Sequence record: MW394390.1
Length of the DNA stretch: 64,000 bases
Reading direction: 5' to 3' (one strand)
DNA from: Klebsiella phage vB_KpM_FBKp34
Shown here: one piece after another, positions 55,697-64,000 of the stretch
Layout: the number at the start of each line of letters is the position of its first letter
Numbering within the stretch: the stretch's first letter is position 1
Notes under the pieces: model-generated
The model's database searches: none
What the model saw: only the letters and a program-made list of their open reading frames with translations
What the model was told of the DNA's origin: nothing
Position numbers and translations under genes: made by a program

Positions 55697-57064
55697 TTAA
55701 CGGTCAACCAGAACGTTTACCTGAACTTTGATGTAGTGAATGAAACCAGCATAAACATATTCAACCACAACACCATTCAGAACACGTTGTGCAATGTCAT
55801 TCGTAGGAATATCTGCTCTATTAGGAACATAGACAGTAGGTCTTAAATCTTCTCTCATACCTGTTTCAGTAGAGACGTTGATTTCATTCGCAATAGATCC
55901 ATTTAAAATACCCTGATTAAGAGGATTATCCCAAATAGCTTGACGAACTTGACCCAGACCTACAGAAGTAAATCTTACTCCAGATAACAGATCAGAACGA
56001 CGTTTAAGCAGTGCAAACAGGCTTTCAGCTACACGAGCTTTAACCCACAATGCATGGTGAATTGTATCACAGAAGTTACCATCGACCATTCTACCATCAC
56101 GATAGAAGTTCTGTCCATATTCACGACGATAGATGTTACCATTCTGAGCTACGATATTTGTTTCTTGTGTAGTTGTTAGTTTCTGTACTGCAAGACCAAT
56201 TAGGGTTTTACCATGTAGGGTAGTAGTACCAGGATCAGCAGCAGCAATAGCACCTACAACAGCAGCTTCTGGGAATGTAGTGTCTGCATCAGTACGCCAC
56301 ATTGCAAAACCAGTATTACGATAACCTGAGAGCATCAGTTCTTGAAGAATGTTGCCATCTTCTGCGTTGACTACAGCGGTATCTTGTGAACTTGTCCAAT
56401 AAATCTTATCATGCTCTTGGGCATAGCCTGCAAGATTCATAACATCTGCTGGTACATGACTATCAGAAACCATCCAGAACCAAGTATTATTCACGTCTGC
56501 AACAGCAGTAATATCTTCCAGAATATCTGAACTTACATTACGTACCTGAACTAAATTAGTCCCTACAGATACATCTAATGCTTCACCTTCTACAGGGGTA
56601 AGTACCAGACTGTTTCCAGTTACAGATGCTGTTACTCTGGTATTCCATGTAGTATCTGCACTAATTAAAGTTTGCAGTCCAGTTGCAATTTCTGTTACTG
56701 TTGGTGAAGAAGTCGCCACAAACTGGAATGCTTTAGATACTGAGCCATGTTTTAAAGTAACTGTGTAAATAGCATTTGCTACAGCAGTTGGAGTGATAGT
56801 ATAATTTTCTAGTTGTCTACGTCCGATGACGATCTGATCTGGAGCACCAACACCCTGGAACATTAAAGATGCCATTTGGTATGTTGGGGAGTCACTAGCA
56901 AAACCTGCTTGAAGCATTGCATCAGTTGAAGTATAAACATCAACAGTATTTTCAGTGACATTGTGTGCTGCCAGGATCAGTGCAATATCGAATACAGCAG
57001 TTTCAATTACTGCTGAACCGAAGACTAGTGTTACGTCAATAACTTTATCAATTAAAGTTGCCAT
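55697..57064 (-). CDS. tail sheath protein
   Basis: 455 aa; position and size in the PBSX-like order sheath-tube-chaperones-TMP. Confidence 0.55.
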   Translation of the reverse strand: MATLIDKVIDVTLVFGSAVIETAVFDIALILAAHNVTENTVDVYTSTDAMLQAGFASDSPTYQMASLMFQGVGAPDQIVIGRRQLENYTITPTAVANAIYTVTLKHGSVSKAFQFVATSSPTVTEIATGLQTLISADTTWNTRVTASVTGNSLVLTPVEGEALDVSVGTNLVQVRNVSSDILEDITAVADVNNTWFWMVSDSHVPADVMNLAGYAQEHDKIYWTSSQDTAVVNAEDGNILQELMLSGYRNTGFAMWRTDADTTFPEAAVVGAIAAADPGTTTLHGKTLIGLAVQKLTTTQETNIVAQNGNIYRREYGQNFYRDGRMVDGNFCDTIHHALWVKARVAESLFALLKRRSDLLSGVRFTSVGLGQVRQAIWDNPLNQGILNGSIANEINVSTETGMREDLRPTVYVPNRADIPTNDIAQRVLNGVVVEYVYAGFIHYIKVQVNVLVDR

Positions 57065-57081
57065 TACAATAGATCCCCTTT

Positions 57082-57657
57082 TTAAGTTGTAAGGAAAGTG
57101 ACATTTATGCCTTGAATAACGGGGTTAACATCTCCCTCGTATTTATTTGTATATATTGACCCTGTTATAGTTTCAACTAAATTAGGGGCATTAGTATCAA
57201 GTGAAGAGATTCTTGCATTGAATGTTACAAGCATTCTTGCTCTTTTTTCTGTTTCAATTCCATCAAAGACAGTGTTAGCAGGTGTGGCATTAGAAACATC
57301 TAATAAACCAATCCCTTTAGAGTAAAGATGTTGATATCTTAATTCTTGAAAACCTCTAAAAGCTTGTATTAGTAGTGCAAGTGTTGCCATAGGTCTTCCA
57401 AATCTTGCTACTAATTCTACAGTAAAGGTTAAATCTGTTTTAGCTATATATCTACCATCTTCATTGATTTCATTAGTATTACCCCATCCATTTGAGTCGT
57501 CATATGATAAAATATGGACACCCACAGATGGTACTGTTTCATCAGGCCATGGTTGATCTATCAGAAATAAACTTAAACCAGTTACTTCTTGAATGAAGGC
57601 TCCTATGTTCTCAAGCAGATAGTCTTCGACTAATTCCATTTTATCTGCATTAACCAT
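57082..57657 (-). CDS. tail completion/neck protein
   Basis: ORF 57082-57789 trimmed to the ATG at 57657, which follows GGAGG and overlaps the upstream stop. Confidence 0.4.
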   Translation of the reverse strand: MVNADKMELVEDYLLENIGAFIQEVTGLSLFLIDQPWPDETVPSVGVHILSYDDSNGWGNTNEINEDGRYIAKTDLTFTVELVARFGRPMATLALLIQAFRGFQELRYQHLYSKGIGLLDVSNATPANTVFDGIETEKRARMLVTFNARISSLDTNAPNLVETITGSIYTNKYEGDVNPVIQGINVTFLTT

Positions 57658-58069
57658 AGTTTCCTCCAGTTGTATTTGAAGAGTCCATTGAGTTATTAAT
57701 TTCTTCTCGAACTGCTGCACAATGGTAGTGTGATAGATAAGATGTTCTGGTCCAATCTTTGAAATTATATATAGAGAACCACTCCCCATTAATTTGTATT
57801 TGATCAGCTAATTGGTTAGTATTCTGTTCTAAACCTTTCATTTCTGTTTTACACCAGAACTGATAAACAGCTTTTGATCTATAACCTTCTGGTAGAGCTT
57901 GAAGAGTTCTTCCATCTATTGGTTGCAAACTACAATCTTCGATGGTAAAATCTGTGTAATTAACTGTAGCGTAGGAATTTTTAAAGACGCTTTGGGTTGA
58001 TTTAACATATTCTCTATGTCTTCCTTGATAATTTTTTAATTCTATGAGTGTTAATTGTTCTAATAACAC
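57650..58069 (-). CDS. head-tail joining protein
   Basis: 139-aa ORF. Confidence 0.4.
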   Translation of the reverse strand: MLLEQLTLIELKNYQGRHREYVKSTQSVFKNSYATVNYTDFTIEDCSLQPIDGRTLQALPEGYRSKAVYQFWCKTEMKGLEQNTNQLADQIQINGEWFSIYNFKDWTRTSYLSHYHCAAVREEINNSMDSSNTTGGNYG

Positions 58070-58114
58070 AAAACCTCCTCTACACTTAATTTTAGCACGA
58101 AAATAGTATAATAA

Positions 58115-58600
58115 TCAAGACTTCTCATTAATCTTATATTCTGCGCTATTAAGTAATTCAGAAGTTTCTACAAGAATTGTGGAACTTCCTTTTTTCGCAA
58201 CAGTCGATGGTGCTAATGGAGTAAATCTTTGAGACATAATACTTCTTTGTATTGTTCTTACACCAGTCACACCTACTGGCTTGAATGAAGAATTAGCATC
58301 TTTCCTTTTGAAGAGATAATCTATCATTCCCTTTCTCATTGCAGAAATATCTTTATCATTTAATAGTTTTACACTATAAAAAACAAAAGGTCTTGCTGGA
58401 ATATTTCTTTTAACACTACCATATTCTTGAATAAGGGCTAAAGAACCAATAGGTAAACCAGAAGCATCATGCGTTTTGTCATCATAATAACCGTACTCTA
58501 CAGATACTTGATCTAACCTATAAGTTCTTTCTTCAAGTTGGTCAAAAAAAGATGTATCCCATTTACTGTCAATTTTCAAAGACATTATCTTCTTCTCCAA
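58115..58600 (-). CDS. head-tail joining protein
   Basis: 161-aa ORF. Confidence 0.4.
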   Translation of the reverse strand: MEKKIMSLKIDSKWDTSFFDQLEERTYRLDQVSVEYGYYDDKTHDASGLPIGSLALIQEYGSVKRNIPARPFVFYSVKLLNDKDISAMRKGMIDYLFKRKDANSSFKPVGVTGVRTIQRSIMSQRFTPLAPSTVAKKGSSTILVETSELLNSAEYKINEKS

Positions 58601-59091
58601 GGATTATATGGATCTACAAAAGTCCCTCTTGGTCTCCTGTTATCTACTCCAAAACCCCACAGACCATTAACACTATTAGGATCACATTTAACCCTATCGA
58701 CCTCGCATCTTTCAACACCACCGATAATTACACCTTTAGCGATTGGTCTTGTTGTTCCAGGTATCCATAAATCTCCATTCAGATATCCATCCAGTATTTT
58801 CTGCCATTTAGAAACATAATCAGCAGTATAACCAACTTCAACTTCAACCTGTCCAACCTTTTCCCTTCGTGTAGAACCAGCAGTTCCACCACTACCATTT
58901 GGATCTGTATAAATAAGATAATATAAACAATCTATGGTGGCATTATAAAGAACAACAGGTTCTTGTCTTGGATCAGGGTATATTGCAGTCCATTTATCAA
59001 TATTTGCTGCAATAATTTCATCTGGCAATTCTTGTTCTGTCGGATAAAAGCAATATGACCTAACTTTAAGAATTTGTTCTGGAGTAGCCAT
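58585..59091 (-). CDS. head completion/connector protein
   Basis: 168-aa ORF. Confidence 0.4.
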   Translation of the reverse strand: MATPEQILKVRSYCFYPTEQELPDEIIAANIDKWTAIYPDPRQEPVVLYNATIDCLYYLIYTDPNGSGGTAGSTRREKVGQVEVEVGYTADYVSKWQKILDGYLNGDLWIPGTTRPIAKGVIIGGVERCEVDRVKCDPNSVNGLWGFGVDNRRPRGTFVDPYNPWRRR

Positions 59092-59093
59092 AA

Positions 59094-59504
59094 TTACCCC
59101 TCAGTTTTAAGGAGATTAATGATTTCTTCTTTTTTCAGGGTTGGTTTTACTTCAAGACCTTTTTCAAGAGCCATGGCAAGCAGTTCAGCTTTAGTTTTTT
59201 CTTCAAGAGTACTTTTAGCTAATTCTTTTTCTACTTGATCAAGATAGCCATCTTCAAAGGTTACAAGATATCCGAAATTAGCTTCAATGCAACCAGACGG
59301 AATAAGCTTAACACCAAATGTTTCTTTGATTAGCTCACAAAGGTGTGTAAAATTACATCCACCGATAATGCCTTTAGATTTACTAAACATTGCATAATTA
59401 GGGGTTTGCTTATTTAATTCAACGTCACTGTTAATTTTATTTAAAAAGATTAAAAACTCACTAAAGTTCCAAAAACTTTTCTGATTTTCTTTTGTTACAA
59501 ACAT
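59094..59504 (-). CDS. hypothetical virion-module protein
   Basis: 136 aa with RBS GGAGG. Confidence 0.4.
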   Translation of the reverse strand: MFVTKENQKSFWNFSEFLIFLNKINSDVELNKQTPNYAMFSKSKGIIGGCNFTHLCELIKETFGVKLIPSGCIEANFGYLVTFEDGYLDQVEKELAKSTLEEKTKAELLAMALEKGLEVKPTLKKEEIINLLKTEG

Positions 59505-59521
59505 CGGTTCCTCCGATATAA

Positions 59522-59553
59522 ATAAAGGGAGATAGCTCTCACTATCTCCCTTT
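59522..59553 (-). terminator. strong rho-independent terminator after the major capsid gene
   Basis: minus-strand AGGGAGATAGTGAGAGCTATCTCCCT perfect 10-bp stem followed by TTATTTAT. Confidence 0.7.
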
Positions 59554-59570
59554 AGATAAGGACGCTATAC

Positions 59571-60569
59571 TTAGGACATTGTGCTACGTACAACCAGTTC
59601 AGGACGAGTGTTCACAGCCAGCAGAGAGAACTCTGTTTCAATGTGAGCAGTACGATGATCCTGAATCATGTACATATAGAAGTCTTGAGCAACTTCGTTG
59701 GCATCAGAAATAGCATCAGCAGGAGCATAGAACGCCTGGAACATATTCGGAATACCACGTGGGAAGAAGTAAGCTTCATTAGTCGGGATAGTTCCATACG
59801 GATCTTCTACATAAAGAACACCGTTGAAGAACCAAGAACGAGCATCAGAGTTACCACCAATACGATCACGCAGAGGAGACTGACCAGCAATACCATTATA
59901 AGCTGCACGAGTAAACGAGTTGCTTACAAGAGCCTGGAAATACTGACGACCACACAGTGCAACAATATCAGTAACAGCAGTACCAGTACCTTTGTTGTCG
60001 ATAATGAAACCACGAATTTCACTTTCAATAGTGTCAGTAGGGTTAACAGTAGTAGAACTGAAAGCTACATCAACAACTTCCTGGGTTACACCCCAAGTCT
60101 GGTAGTAGTCATAGTGCTCGTTAGCGTTTGCAGCAGTAACACCTGCATAGCTACGACCCATAACAGCTTCAGTAAAGATACGCTCTTTAGTGACAGACTC
60201 TGCATTACGAATCTGATTCAGCTTACGAGTAACAGCTTGCTGTACTGTAGCAGGAGTATCTTCACCAAGATCCAGAAGATTTGTAAAGTTCTGTACATCT
60301 ACAGCTTTAATGTTAGCATCAACTGGGAAGAATGGTACAATGAAGGCCACTTCTGAAGGTTGATTACCAGTGATCCAGTTACGTTCACCTTGACGTTGAC
60401 GAGCTTCAATCAGAACTTGTTCATCAACAATACGCTGTGCACGTACAGTGGTAGAACGGTCATAATTGATGTCGAACAGATCAAGAGATTCAACAACACC
60501 CGGAGTACGAGTGGTAATCTCAATCAGTGGAGACAGATCATAAAACTGGTTAGTTAAAAAATTAGGCAT
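59571..60569 (-). CDS. major capsid protein (HK97-like fold)
   Basis: 332 aa; higher GC and biased codon usage of a highly expressed gene; followed by a strong terminator; position after the decoration/scaffold genes. Confidence 0.65.
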   Translation of the reverse strand: MPNFLTNQFYDLSPLIEITTRTPGVVESLDLFDINYDRSTTVRAQRIVDEQVLIEARQRQGERNWITGNQPSEVAFIVPFFPVDANIKAVDVQNFTNLLDLGEDTPATVQQAVTRKLNQIRNAESVTKERIFTEAVMGRSYAGVTAANANEHYDYYQTWGVTQEVVDVAFSSTTVNPTDTIESEIRGFIIDNKGTGTAVTDIVALCGRQYFQALVSNSFTRAAYNGIAGQSPLRDRIGGNSDARSWFFNGVLYVEDPYGTIPTNEAYFFPRGIPNMFQAFYAPADAISDANEVAQDFYMYMIQDHRTAHIETEFSLLAVNTRPELVVRSTMS

Positions 60570-60586
60570 TTAGATATTCTCCTTTA

Positions 60587-60988
60587 TTAAGTAGTAGGCA
60601 GAAGGACTTTATCAGTCAGTTTCAGACCTTTCGCTTCCAGTGCGATTACACCTGCGTCATCAATGGCAGAACCATCAGAGTAGACAACACGGTAACGATT
60701 CAGAGTTGCATCTTGTTTAGCAACAACAGCACGGAATGAAGTACCTACTGGGATAGCATCTAGACCAAATGGCTGGTCAGCCCATACGAATACGGTGTCT
60801 GCATCAGCAGCGGCAGCAGCTTCTGTCAGGTCATCGGCAATAACGGAACCAAACTGAAGAGTCGCAGTCATTGTCAGGCTAACCTCACGGAAAGCGTGAC
60901 CAATGTCACTACCCATTACATAACCCAGAACTAGATCTGAGTAGTAAGGCATACGGCGGTCAGTTGGCACATAAGCTTGTTTTGGCAT
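60587..60988 (-). CDS. capsid-associated protein (decoration?)
   Basis: 133 aa, Ala/Val-rich, between the scaffold and the MCP. Confidence 0.35.
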   Translation of the reverse strand: MPKQAYVPTDRRMPYYSDLVLGYVMGSDIGHAFREVSLTMTATLQFGSVIADDLTEAAAAADADTVFVWADQPFGLDAIPVGTSFRAVVAKQDATLNRYRVVYSDGSAIDDAGVIALEAKGLKLTDKVLLPTT

Positions 60989-61003
60989 TGTTTACCTTCC
61001 TTA

Positions 61004-62344
61004 TTATTTAGATTGTTTTGCTTTAAGAACAGCAGCAATAGCTTTAACTTTTTCTACACCATCTTTCGGGGCTTCAGCCTTGCGGTCAGAACCTTTTTCG
61101 GAGGCAAATTCAGCTTTTACTTTTTCGATTTCTTCATGTGCTTTATTCAGCATTTCAATAAAGATTACAGAATTTTCAGTATCAGCCATCAGAGCTTTAA
61201 CTACTTCTTCTACTTTATCTTCTTCTACGAAACCGAAACCTTTGACCACATCTTCGTATGCAGTTTTAATACGTTTCTGTTCTGCTTTTTCTACTGCTTC
61301 AAGTCTTTCGTTAGCTTGTTTCAGAGATTTAGCCAGTTCTTCTTTTTCTGCATCTTTCTCTTTGGTTGCATCTGCAATAAGAGATTTCAGCATTTCTTGT
61401 GCTTCAGCACTTTTTAATAGTTCATTCAGATCCACAATATTGGCTCCTTGTTTTTTAGTGATTTTTCCAGAGGAATTCCCCTCTGATTTATCTTTATCCT
61501 CTGATTCAATCACAGAGTTTTTATTTTCCAGAGATTTAATAATGTCTGGGACATCATTATCCGGGAAGAATTTTTTATATGCTTTACGAACTTTAGCTTT
61601 AACAGAAGCAAGATCTTCTTCAGGAATTTCAACTTTATTTCCTCTGAAACCTTTACCAAGAGCAGCTACAGCCGCTGATGTATGTCTTGCATCGTCAATT
61701 CTAAGTTTCCAGGTGGAAGGTTTTTCTTTATCTGGTGTATAAGCATAATCAGAAGCTGTAAGCGTTGAACTACCAACTTTCTTAGTAGCAGCTTTAATAA
61801 CTTCTACGGTAGCTGGTTGACTTAGGGATTTAGCTAACATATCATAAACATCTTGTTCCATAGAATCCATTAGGTCTTCAGAAACAAGGATATCATTTCC
61901 GATAACAACATAGTCCTGAATAGGAACTACTGGATTAGCTACATCACCAACTTCAACATTTGTACCATCTGAGGTATAATCTACTGAATAAGTGCCTGAG
62001 TCTGTTGTAAATATTGCAACTGAATCATTCCAGTCAGAGACCCAAACATAATCATATTTATCTACAAACTCTTTTTCTCTGATTTTTTGATTTAGCATGT
62101 TTCTAAGGTCATTAGCATACATTGCTTTTTCAAGGTCTGTAGTATCTTCACCAAGTTCTTTCAACTTAATGATTAAATCTTTATTAATTTCTGTGTTGTC
62201 TGCTTTGAAAAGAAGTGGTTTATTATAGCCAGAAGCTGCACCACCTTGGAAGTCAAATGTGAGTGCAATATGTGCACCAAGACTATCCTCTGATTCTTCA
62301 AAGTCAAAACTAACATCTTCTAAATAAGTGTTAAGTTCTGGCAT
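61004..62344 (-). CDS. capsid scaffolding-like protein
   Basis: 446 aa; long charged coiled-coil C-terminal half (KEKDAEKEELAKSLKQANERLEAVEKAEQKR...). Confidence 0.45.
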   Translation of the reverse strand: MPELNTYLEDVSFDFEESEDSLGAHIALTFDFQGGAASGYNKPLLFKADNTEINKDLIIKLKELGEDTTDLEKAMYANDLRNMLNQKIREKEFVDKYDYVWVSDWNDSVAIFTTDSGTYSVDYTSDGTNVEVGDVANPVVPIQDYVVIGNDILVSEDLMDSMEQDVYDMLAKSLSQPATVEVIKAATKKVGSSTLTASDYAYTPDKEKPSTWKLRIDDARHTSAAVAALGKGFRGNKVEIPEEDLASVKAKVRKAYKKFFPDNDVPDIIKSLENKNSVIESEDKDKSEGNSSGKITKKQGANIVDLNELLKSAEAQEMLKSLIADATKEKDAEKEELAKSLKQANERLEAVEKAEQKRIKTAYEDVVKGFGFVEEDKVEEVVKALMADTENSVIFIEMLNKAHEEIEKVKAEFASEKGSDRKAEAPKDGVEKVKAIAAVLKAKQSK

Positions 62345-62832
62345 TATTTCTCCACTTTCTTACGTCTACCTTGAGCACCAATAGAGATACCCTTAAAGAC
62401 GCCATCTTTTCTTTTCTGAAAAAGTTCTGGATCATGGAACTTCAACTTCACTAATGGTAAACCTTCTTTAACTTCTTCTTCACCAATAACACAATCGCAT
62501 TCATTTACCCAGGCTTTAACTGGAGAGAATTTATCTGTGTTAATTGCATGACCAAAGTTACCTTTAATCTTATCTATATTGGCATTGAAGTTATCTACCA
62601 TTTTACGAATTTCAACTTCTGTCATTCCCTCGCCATGTGCATCTGCTTCTAACGGAGCACAATAAAGAACTTCAATACTCTCCATTTTCTCATCTTCAAA
62701 TTTCTTAATGACTGGGAGATTTACATTAGAAGGCTTTTCCGTGGAATGTTTTAATTCATCTTCAGAAGTCGTGTCGAGAAATTTTTTAAATAGCTCAACA
62801 AGAGATTCTTTGTTAAACAAAGGTTCCTCCAA
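62344..62832 (-). CDS. XkdF-like putative prohead protease
   Basis: 162 aa; EVLYCAPLEADAHGEGMTEVEIRKMVDNF resembles the PBSX XkdF / Peptidase_S78_2 family. Confidence 0.4.
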   Translation of the reverse strand: MEEPLFNKESLVELFKKFLDTTSEDELKHSTEKPSNVNLPVIKKFEDEKMESIEVLYCAPLEADAHGEGMTEVEIRKMVDNFNANIDKIKGNFGHAINTDKFSPVKAWVNECDCVIGEEEVKEGLPLVKLKFHDPELFQKRKDGVFKGISIGAQGRRKKVEK

Positions 62833-62858
62833 AAAGTTAGTTACCTTCTCTAATACTT

Positions 62859-62887
62859 ATTTTATAGTATTATTTTTATAATGTCAA
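62859..62887 (-). promoter_or_regulatory. sigma70-like promoter TTGACA-N17-TAAAAT upstream of the head genes
   Basis: minus strand: TTGACA (62887-62882), 17-nt spacer, TAAAAT (62864-62859); in the portal/protease intergenic region. Confidence 0.45.
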
Positions 62888-62967
62888 CACTATTAGATTA
62901 GAAAAGTATATTTTATTTAATAATTTAAAACTTATTTGTGGTAAAATAACCATCCTTGGTTAAAATT

Positions 62968-64000
62968 TTAAGCAGCATTCTCATTATTCATAGTTGAGGT
63001 ATCTGTTGAAGAAACAGAAGTTGAAGTGCCATTTAATCCACCTGCGGCAATTCCATCTCCAGATCTACTTGTTGATGCTGGAACATTATTTGCAATAAAT
63101 TCGGCAGCTTTCTCTGGATCAGAAACTATGTCATCAGGAATTCTATATTTAAAACCGCACATCTCTAGCATTTCATTCATTGTCTCAGCATTGAGAGGAA
63201 TTGCTCCTACAGCTACTACACGTTGAATCATTTTAGAATTGCCTTCAATGTCAGGATCACCAACATCACCAGGTTCAAATACAGGCATTTCTTCATCAGT
63301 AAGATACATGCCATTTAAAGCTAGGAGTTGTGGAATGAGGTCTTTATTAAGAACTTCAGAAATCCCTTTGACATCATGTTCAATAAATTGAGAATGAAGA
63401 GTTTGTTTATTATCGCTTAAAGAATATGAACCAGTTTCACTGTTACCCATAATAAGAAAACCAGCACCAAAACTGTCATATATTTCTTTTTTCCTTTGCT
63501 GTTTTAATTCTGTAGTATCAAATTGCTTACCTGAACCATCGATACCAAGGAATTTGATTTCATATTGTGGTGTTGTGCTTTGATCATGAAGATCCGATGG
63601 GATAATCATGTAAGCCTGTTCACCTGCATGAAGGTTAGCGAGGTTAGCTTTTAGAGTCTCAATGCTCATCGCTTCATCACTATTAGGATCAACAGCAGCA
63701 CGATTAAGGATGTCTGTTGGCACTTTTAATACCGGAGTACCACCTAAGTCTTTACCCACACCTACGACTTCATATTCAGAGATAAGTGTTTTTTCTTTCC
63801 ATGTAATATAAATAGACGAAAGAGGTGAGACACCTGTAGGATTAGAATCCGTAATTTGCTCACCAAACAACAGAAACTTATTTCTAGGAATATAAATCTC
63901 ACCAACCAGACTTACATCAGTATCTGTTGTGAAAGTGCTTTTGTTTGGGATCACTTGATAAACACCAAGAACGTCTCTACCATCATCAGAATATCTAAAT
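62968..64000 (-). CDS. portal protein (3' part; gene continues beyond the window edge)
   Basis: reading frame open to 64000 with no stop (the track's M at 63954 is a GTG); C-terminal Ser/Thr/Gly-rich tail. Confidence 0.5.
   Translation of the reverse strand, partial: FRYSDDGRDVLGVYQVIPNKSTFTTDTDVSLVGEIYIPRNKFLLFGEQITDSNPTGVSPLSSIYITWKEKTLISEYEVVGVGKDLGGTPVLKVPTDILNRAAVDPNSDEAMSIETLKANLANLHAGEQAYMIIPSDLHDQSTTPQYEIKFLGIDGSGKQFDTTELKQQRKKEIYDSFGAGFLIMGNSETGSYSLSDNKQTLHSQFIEHDVKGISEVLNKDLIPQLLALNGMYLTDEEMPVFEPGDVGDPDIEGNSKMIQRVVAVGAIPLNAETMNEMLEMCGFKYRIPDDIVSDPEKAAEFIANNVPASTSRSGDGIAAGGLNGTSTSVSSTDTSTMNNENAA

Noticed and set aside
59514-59523. TATAAATA (T4 late-promoter-like octamer) on the plus strand near 59516
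   Set aside because: It is on the non-coding strand relative to the minus-strand structural genes and is part of the U-tract of the capsid terminator. The gene content is not T4-like, and no gp55-type late promoters are evident elsewhere.
59643-60557. Plus-strand 237-aa and 65-aa ORFs opposite the major capsid gene
   Set aside because: They are antisense to a highly expressed structural gene. The translations are low-complexity (Ser/Thr/Asn/Ile runs) with no start context.
60977-61742. Plus-strand 146-aa and 220-aa ORFs opposite the scaffold gene
   Set aside because: They are antisense to the scaffold gene. They are Phe/Ser/Leu-rich and reflect codon-complement bias of the AAG/GAA-rich coding strand.
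1-64000. tRNA genes and CRISPR arrays
   Set aside because: Intergenic regions are short. The longer ones (for example 6253-6477 and 62833-62967) contain small ORFs or promoter elements and no cloverleaf-compatible structure. No direct-repeat/spacer periodicity was seen.

Overview
The window reads as an AT-rich (about 35-38% GC) tailed-phage genome segment with three transcriptional blocks.

- **1-5400, minus strand:** small early genes, including a Lar-type zinc-ribbon anti-restriction protein and an HD-domain small alarmone (ppGpp) hydrolase. A divergent sigma70-like promoter pair sits at about 5430-5485.
- **5500-40700, plus strand:** a long early/middle block. It carries:
  - a nucleotidyltransferase gene split by an in-frame TAA;
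  - two HNH_3/AP2 homing-endonuclease-like paralogs;
  - a macro-domain protein and a WGR-PARP (H-Y-E) ADP-ribosyltransferase;
  - a GatB/YqeY protein;
  - anaerobic RNR NrdD carrying a 299-aa LAGLIDADG intein, plus NrdG and a BFD-like ferredoxin;
  - a complete Ter-like stress module: TerC, TerY-like vWA, two TerD, two TelA-like paralogs, and a SleB-like hydrolase;
  - an adjacent putative nucleoside-metabolite biosynthetic module: HisE/MazG-like NTP pyrophosphatase, class-II-aaRS-like ligase core, HAD hydrolase, type-I PRTase;
  - a GC-rich (about 55%) island with lambdoid Ea22-like content;
  - a T7-like primase-helicase, family-A DNA polymerase, and an SSB ending in the host-type DFDDDIPF tail.
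- **40830-64000, minus strand:** a PBSX/P2/Mu-like contractile-tail morphogenesis module (window coordinates run from the tail end back to the portal).
  - Tail end: a mosaic 1200-aa tailspike with a GC-rich distal part and S74 chaperone domain, a fibre and fibre chaperone, and embedded membrane proteins.
  - Baseplate and tail: baseplate proteins (I-like, J-like, gp25-like, spike, hub, DNA-circulation-like), tape measure, tail chaperones, tube, sheath and head-tail completion proteins.
  - Head: HK97-like major capsid, scaffold, XkdF-like protease and a truncated portal.

Several rho-independent terminators and sigma70-like promoters are visible. No tRNA or CRISPR array was found.

The most notable content is the phage-borne Ter cluster with its linked biosynthetic genes, the PARP+macro pair, and the intein in NrdD.
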